Source: the human T2T-CHM13v2.0 reference genome, Homo sapiens
DNA: 64,000 nt
Assembly: GCF_009914755.1 (NCBI RefSeq)
Contig: NC_060941.1
Direction: 5' to 3' (one strand)
The position numbers and the translations under genes were made by a program. Positions 57,234 through 64,000 of this stretch are shown here, piece after piece (the stretch's first letter is position 1; each line of letters begins with the position of its first letter). Under the pieces are notes generated by a model. The model was not told where the DNA came from. It searched no databases and was given only the letters and a program-made list of their open reading frames with translations.

Positions 57234-57989
57234 AAAGAAAAAACTGGATGACAACGGCTAACAATTACTTTTTAGAGAAGTTCATGTGTTTTGCAATCTA
57301 ACGTACATTACTGTAAAGATAACATGACTTCGTGGAAACCAACAGCCTTGACTTCTTAAAATATGAACACCTTTTGGAGGCATCCACAACTTGTTTTTCC
57401 CCCCAGGACTTCCCACTGTAGCAGAAGACAAAAAAGAGAGAGAATACAGTGGATTAATATGTGGCCATTGCTTTGGGAAACTCAGGTTCCGAACCCACTC
57501 TACCATTTTGTAGTAATGAAACTCTGGAGATTTATTTAACACTTCTAAGGTTTAGTCCCCTTATTGTTAAATAATGGCATAATAATACTTATTTTATATA
57601 CTTATTGTGAGAATTAAATGAGCAAATATATGCAAAGTGCTTATGTCCTTGCCTTGTATAGTTAAGCATTAAATAAAAAATAGTTCTAATTATTATCTAT
57701 TCACTATAGCTCTTGGAAAATAAATTGACTACTATATTGTCTCTGATCTTAGCCTACTATATCATATTCTACATATTCACATGTGTGTGCTCATACATAC
57801 ACCAAAAAATAAAGATCATTCGCAAAGTTTTTAGTATTTGAAACCTAGACTGAGAAAGAATGTTAAAATTCTCATATTTGGATCAAACCTATAATAATAT
57901 GATCCTTACATCTACATAGAATTTTTCAGTCACAGAAATTATATACATTCATAAAGCACAACAGAAATCCACCATATCTATACTTGGTG

Positions 57990-58780
<791 letters not shown>

Positions 58781-58844
58781 AGGCTTGGCACAGTGGCTCG
58801 AGCCTGTAATCCTAGCACTTTGGGAGGCCGAGCTGGGCAGATCA

Positions 58845-59116
<272 letters not shown>

Positions 59117-60009
59117 CTATTTAATAAGGCTAATCATGAAGTCTGAATCTATATAAATCTAGAAATAAGGTAAAACAACTATAGATATTACAAAATAGGA
59201 CCTACATATGTGAATAAGGAAGCAGAGCTGCCGAGCGAAGAGGTGGACATCTGGGTGGTGGTGTGACCCAGTACAGGGTGTCAGAGCCTAAGAGGGCATC
59301 ATCCACTCAGGGGTGCAGCCCAGCATAGGGTGCCAGAATCTAAGCAGGGTACCTATGTTGGAGGGCTGCTTGAGTGCAAGGAGTGCCTGCATAGGGTGAG
59401 ACAGGTGTCCATGTAGGGTAGTAGTGGTGGCTCAGTGCAGAGTGTCAGAGTCTGAGCCAAATGAGGAAGGTATCCATGCATGAGGGCGACCTGTTGATGC
59501 TATCAGAGCTCAAGCAAGATAAGAAGGGCATCCACATGGGAGCATAGGCTGGCGCAGAGTAAAACCTTGAGCAGCACATAGAGGGACTACCGATGCAGGG
59601 TAAAAAGGTTTTTCGTACTTATTTGCCATTTTTTTCTGAAAGTATGTGATTTTTCTTAAAAAGTGCCCTAACATAGATTTCCCCGATATTACAGATAATT
59701 ACCTGTGGGGAAATGACATAGAAAATATATTTAAAGTATTATTTGATGTATATGTATACAGATACTAGGAGTATCACATTAATCACATGACACTGATTCC
59801 TTTCAACTATCTTGCTTTTCTAATACATAAATAATTTTGCATGTGTCATTAAGATACTTAAAGAATATGAAGTGTGGCCGGGCGTGGTGGCTCACGCCCG
59901 TAATCCCAGCACTTTGGCAGGCCAAGGCAGGTGGATCACAAGGTCAAGAGATCAAGTCCATCCTGACCAACATGGTGAAACCCCGTCTATGCTAAAAATA
60001 CAAAAATTA

Positions 60010-60197
<188 letters not shown>

Positions 60198-61296
60198 TCA
60201 CACCTGTAATCCCAGCACTTTGAGAGGTGAAGGTAAGAGGATCACTTGAGCCAAGGAGTTTGAGGCTGCAGTGAGCTATAATCACAGCACTACACTCCAG
60301 CCTGGATGACAGAGCAATACCTTGTCTCTTTCTCTTAATTTAGAGAAAAAAAAAAAAAAAGGAAGTGGGCAGACTGCAAGTAAACCCTGAGAACTCCTAG
60401 ATCACCTCAGTTTGCAGCACCCATTCACCTCTTTCCTCACCACTGCCTAAGAAGGCACATGAAGCTTAGTCACTGTGCAGACTCTCAAAACTTTCTGGAA
60501 CTTCATGCAAAGGTTAAGCCTTGGAACCAACTCTGAATTTCCTTGTGGTTTCAAACTTGTCACATTTTCTTCTCACCTTGTCACCACCCACACAGACTCA
60601 GCCTCCTGGATGCATCACGCTTGGGTTGCTTCACTTCCTGGCTCCTGGTAAGCCACAATTGCAAGAGCTATTGCTGGTAAAACTGGTGACCCATTAAAGG
60701 CACACAAATAAGAACATAGGTGCAGGGGAGCCACAAGTGCACTATCTGAATGTGTCAGGGTGAGAACATTATGTTTCCTCAGCTCTCACTCATCCTCTGG
60801 TGGAGAGGACTCTTTGGTCTTCAGTCTTCCAATAACTGTCTATAGAATATTTTTGCATGCTATTCATCTATACCTGAATGCAAGCATGCTTTCAGTACAG
60901 AAGAAATGTCATATAGGTCAGAATAATGTTTCAATGGGCTCAGGGTTTTTGTCCCCGGTTGTCCTATCAACCCATTTTGTACTATCTACTGGTAGTGGTT
61001 CCAAATTCTGATCTCCGAACTGGTGATGATATGGAAATAATTTTTTCATTATTATTAATCTGTCATGAAATTTTAGAAATAAGAATAATGTGGGAGAACA
61101 GGTCTAAATTTCATTTGGTAAAAAAGGAACTCTTTTTTCTTTTTTTTTGAGACAGGGTCTCACTCTGTTGCCCAGACTGGAGTGCAGTGACACAATCATG
61201 GCTCACTGCAGCCTCAACTTCCTGGGCTCAGGTGATCCTCCCACTCCAGTCTCTCAGGTGGCTAGGACTGTAGGCATGGGCCACCATGCCTGGCTA

Positions 61297-61350
61297 ATTT
61301 TATTTTATTTTATTTTATTTTATTTTATTTTATTTTATTTTATTTTATTT
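61297..61350. repeat. (ATTTT)n pentamer expansion in an Alu linker
   Basis: Read directly. Confidence 0.9.
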
Positions 61351-61352
61351 AG

Positions 61353-61686
<334 letters not shown>

Positions 61687-62507
61687 TGAACTCCTGACCT
61701 TGTGATTCGCCCACCTCAGCCTCCCAAAGTGCTGGGATAACAGGTGTGAGCCACTGTGCCCGTCCCAAGAACTCTTCTTTATCCTGAGACTATGTCCTTG
61801 TATTTTTAGTTTCAAATATAGCTCTCCTTTCGGGGCCAGGTGTAGTGGCTCACGCCTGTAATCCTGTAATCACGCCTCTAATCCTAGCACTTTAGGAGGC
61901 CGAGGCAGGCGGATAACTTTTGTCCACCAATCTCAGCCTCCCAAAGTGCTAGGATTACAGGCGTGAACCACCGCGCCTGACTATTCTTCACATCTTGAAG
62001 CACAGCTACCACAGCTGACATAATAGTCCAACAATTTTGTCAGCAAATAGGCCAATCCTTTTTCAAGAATATCAATTCCTCCCCCTTTTGCCACCCAACA
62101 GCCTTCCATTCATTAACAACCACACTGGCTACCAGAAATTGGGAAAGAGAAGAGCAGCCACAGTAGCCAGAAAGTTAAGAATTGTCCTCCCCTGAGTCCT
62201 CACCTCTTCAAAGGCAGAGGAATGTTTATAGCTGGGTCATCCCTGAAGGCACTAGCAAAGCAGGAATACCAGGATGAGAGTGACAGTGAGAGAAACACTC
62301 ATCTTTAATTAACGAAATCTGAATTTTGTAATCCCCAAATCTAGAAAGAAGCTATTTTAATGTTAGCATACATGTAAGGTTTATGTCCTCTTGAAAAATC
62401 AAATTTAATTTTGAGTTTTCTTTTGGGACAAGGAGACCCTCATCTTTTTAGTGCTTAAGGTCTCTAAGGCTCTCTCTCTCTCTCTCTCTCCCTTTTTCTT
62501 TTTTTAA

Positions 62508-62615
<108 letters not shown>

Positions 62616-64000
62616 TGAGTAGCTGGGACTACAGGCGTGTGTCACCATGCCCGGCTAATTTTTGTATTTTTAGTAGAGACAGGGTTTCTCCTGTTGGCCA
62701 GGTTGGTCTCGAACTCCTGGCCTCAAGTTACCTGCCCGCCTCAGCCTCCCAAAGTGCTGGGATTACAGGTGTGAGCCACCGCACTCAGCAAGGCTCTTCT
62801 TTATCTGGCCTTAATTGTGTTTTCTTCACTTCTGCATGCCTGCAGCCTTGTACTGGCATAAAGACCATGCTTAATCAAGGTCTGTTGAATTAACTAATAA
62901 ATGAACAAAAGACCTTGGAGAGTAGAACCAAGTGCTGGGAAAGGGACAAAGATAGGGAATGGGGAGCAGGGTGGCATTGGAAAGCACCATAAAAGAACTT
63001 GCCTGGAACATCTGCTTCAGATTTGCTGTAATTTCTACCAGTTTTGTCTTATCTTTGGTTACACTAGTTCACCCTCTTTTGTGTGGCTTCATTGTTCTTT
63101 CCTTTACTTGAGTGTTTCCCTTGAGCTAGTAATTTTTTCTTATGAAGGTCTTTTGCAGACCTACTCTCCTCTTCTATGTCCCTCCCACTTAGGATTTCCC
63201 AGGGAGCTTTGGTTCGTATGTGGGCTTGCAGTATTTGGGTAGCTGCTTTCTCCAGCACTATAATTTCCCTTGTACCATTTTTTTCACCCGGGCCTATAAC
63301 AGAGAGATGGCTGCAGACTGTTCCCATGAATAGCATCAATCTCTTCACCTTCTGGAGCTTCAGCTTGTACTCTTAAGATGGAATCCAGCTGGCTGGGTGT
63401 AAATGTGCTTTGTTTGTGCCAATTCAGTCTCGGCAAGTGTTTTCATCAAAATTAGAGGCTGAAATTGCTGGCTGCCAGGGCATTCCTGGTAACTGAACAT
63501 TTTTCTGGTTGAAGATGGGAGTCATGCCCTAGGCCCTTTATGCAAGAGTGCACCATCCCAATTTCTTGTTTTTACTGGAGGATGTCTTCAGATCTGGCAC
63601 ACCATACTACATCTGAGCAAGACAGTATTTGGTCCCATTCAAATTTGTTGCTAGAATCTAGGGCCAGCCTTTGTCTAACCTGTAAAATAGGTATAAGGTA
63701 GAACCCTGGTGAAACTAAGCTATATTGCCCTGTCTCAGCCCAGATTCACATCCAAAAGAAATCAAAGACCAACTCCTATAAAAGCCTTGAAAAGTAAAGT
63801 ATGTAAATCTTCACCATTCATTATTCACCTGAAGTGATCTTGAGGGCATCTAGGAGAAAGTTGCTGAGCTCATTATAGAGTACACCGTCACTCTACTAAA
63901 GTCGCACACTTCTCAAGAGCTGCTTCCACCCTCATATAAGCTCATTATTACCCTCTTCCCTCTCAGGGGATGCCAATATTTTTTTTATTTGAGGCAAAAT

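Overview
Alu-dense primate genomic DNA, recognisably human (about 65-70 Alu copies or fragments, plus L1, MIR, L2, LTR and hAT remnants). It holds one complete protein-coding gene on the minus strand, TMIGD1 (transmembrane and immunoglobulin domain containing 1). From memory the locus is 17q11.2 between BLMH and CPD, neither of which is visible here. I rebuilt the gene by hand from its splice signals: a probable non-coding exon 1 (~30610-30665) and CDS join complement(28662..28743, 25859..26137, 21422..21700, 15385..15488, 13767..13807, 13261..13264). That is 789 nt / 262 aa: signal peptide, two Ig domains, TM helix, RRKK juxtamembrane motif and C-terminal PDZ ligand ETAL. A TATA promoter with HNF4/CDX/GATA motifs lies just upstream. 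Non-coding relics include a Y3 RNA pseudogene, a U6 pseudogene, a tRNA-Ile 5'-half, solo LTRs (THE1, MER21, MLT1, MLT2, LTR16-like), a quasi-palindromic 26-bp minisatellite and several microsatellites. Almost all ORF-track entries are Alu or simple-repeat artefacts. I see no convincing new biological system. The best leads are isoform logic in TMIGD1 (a last intron whose retention leaves the protein unchanged; two routes to a secreted ectodomain), unusual retrotransposition scars, and a possible decayed spliced gene at ~62.2-63.85 kb. Repeat family names come from remembered consensus sequences, not from a search.
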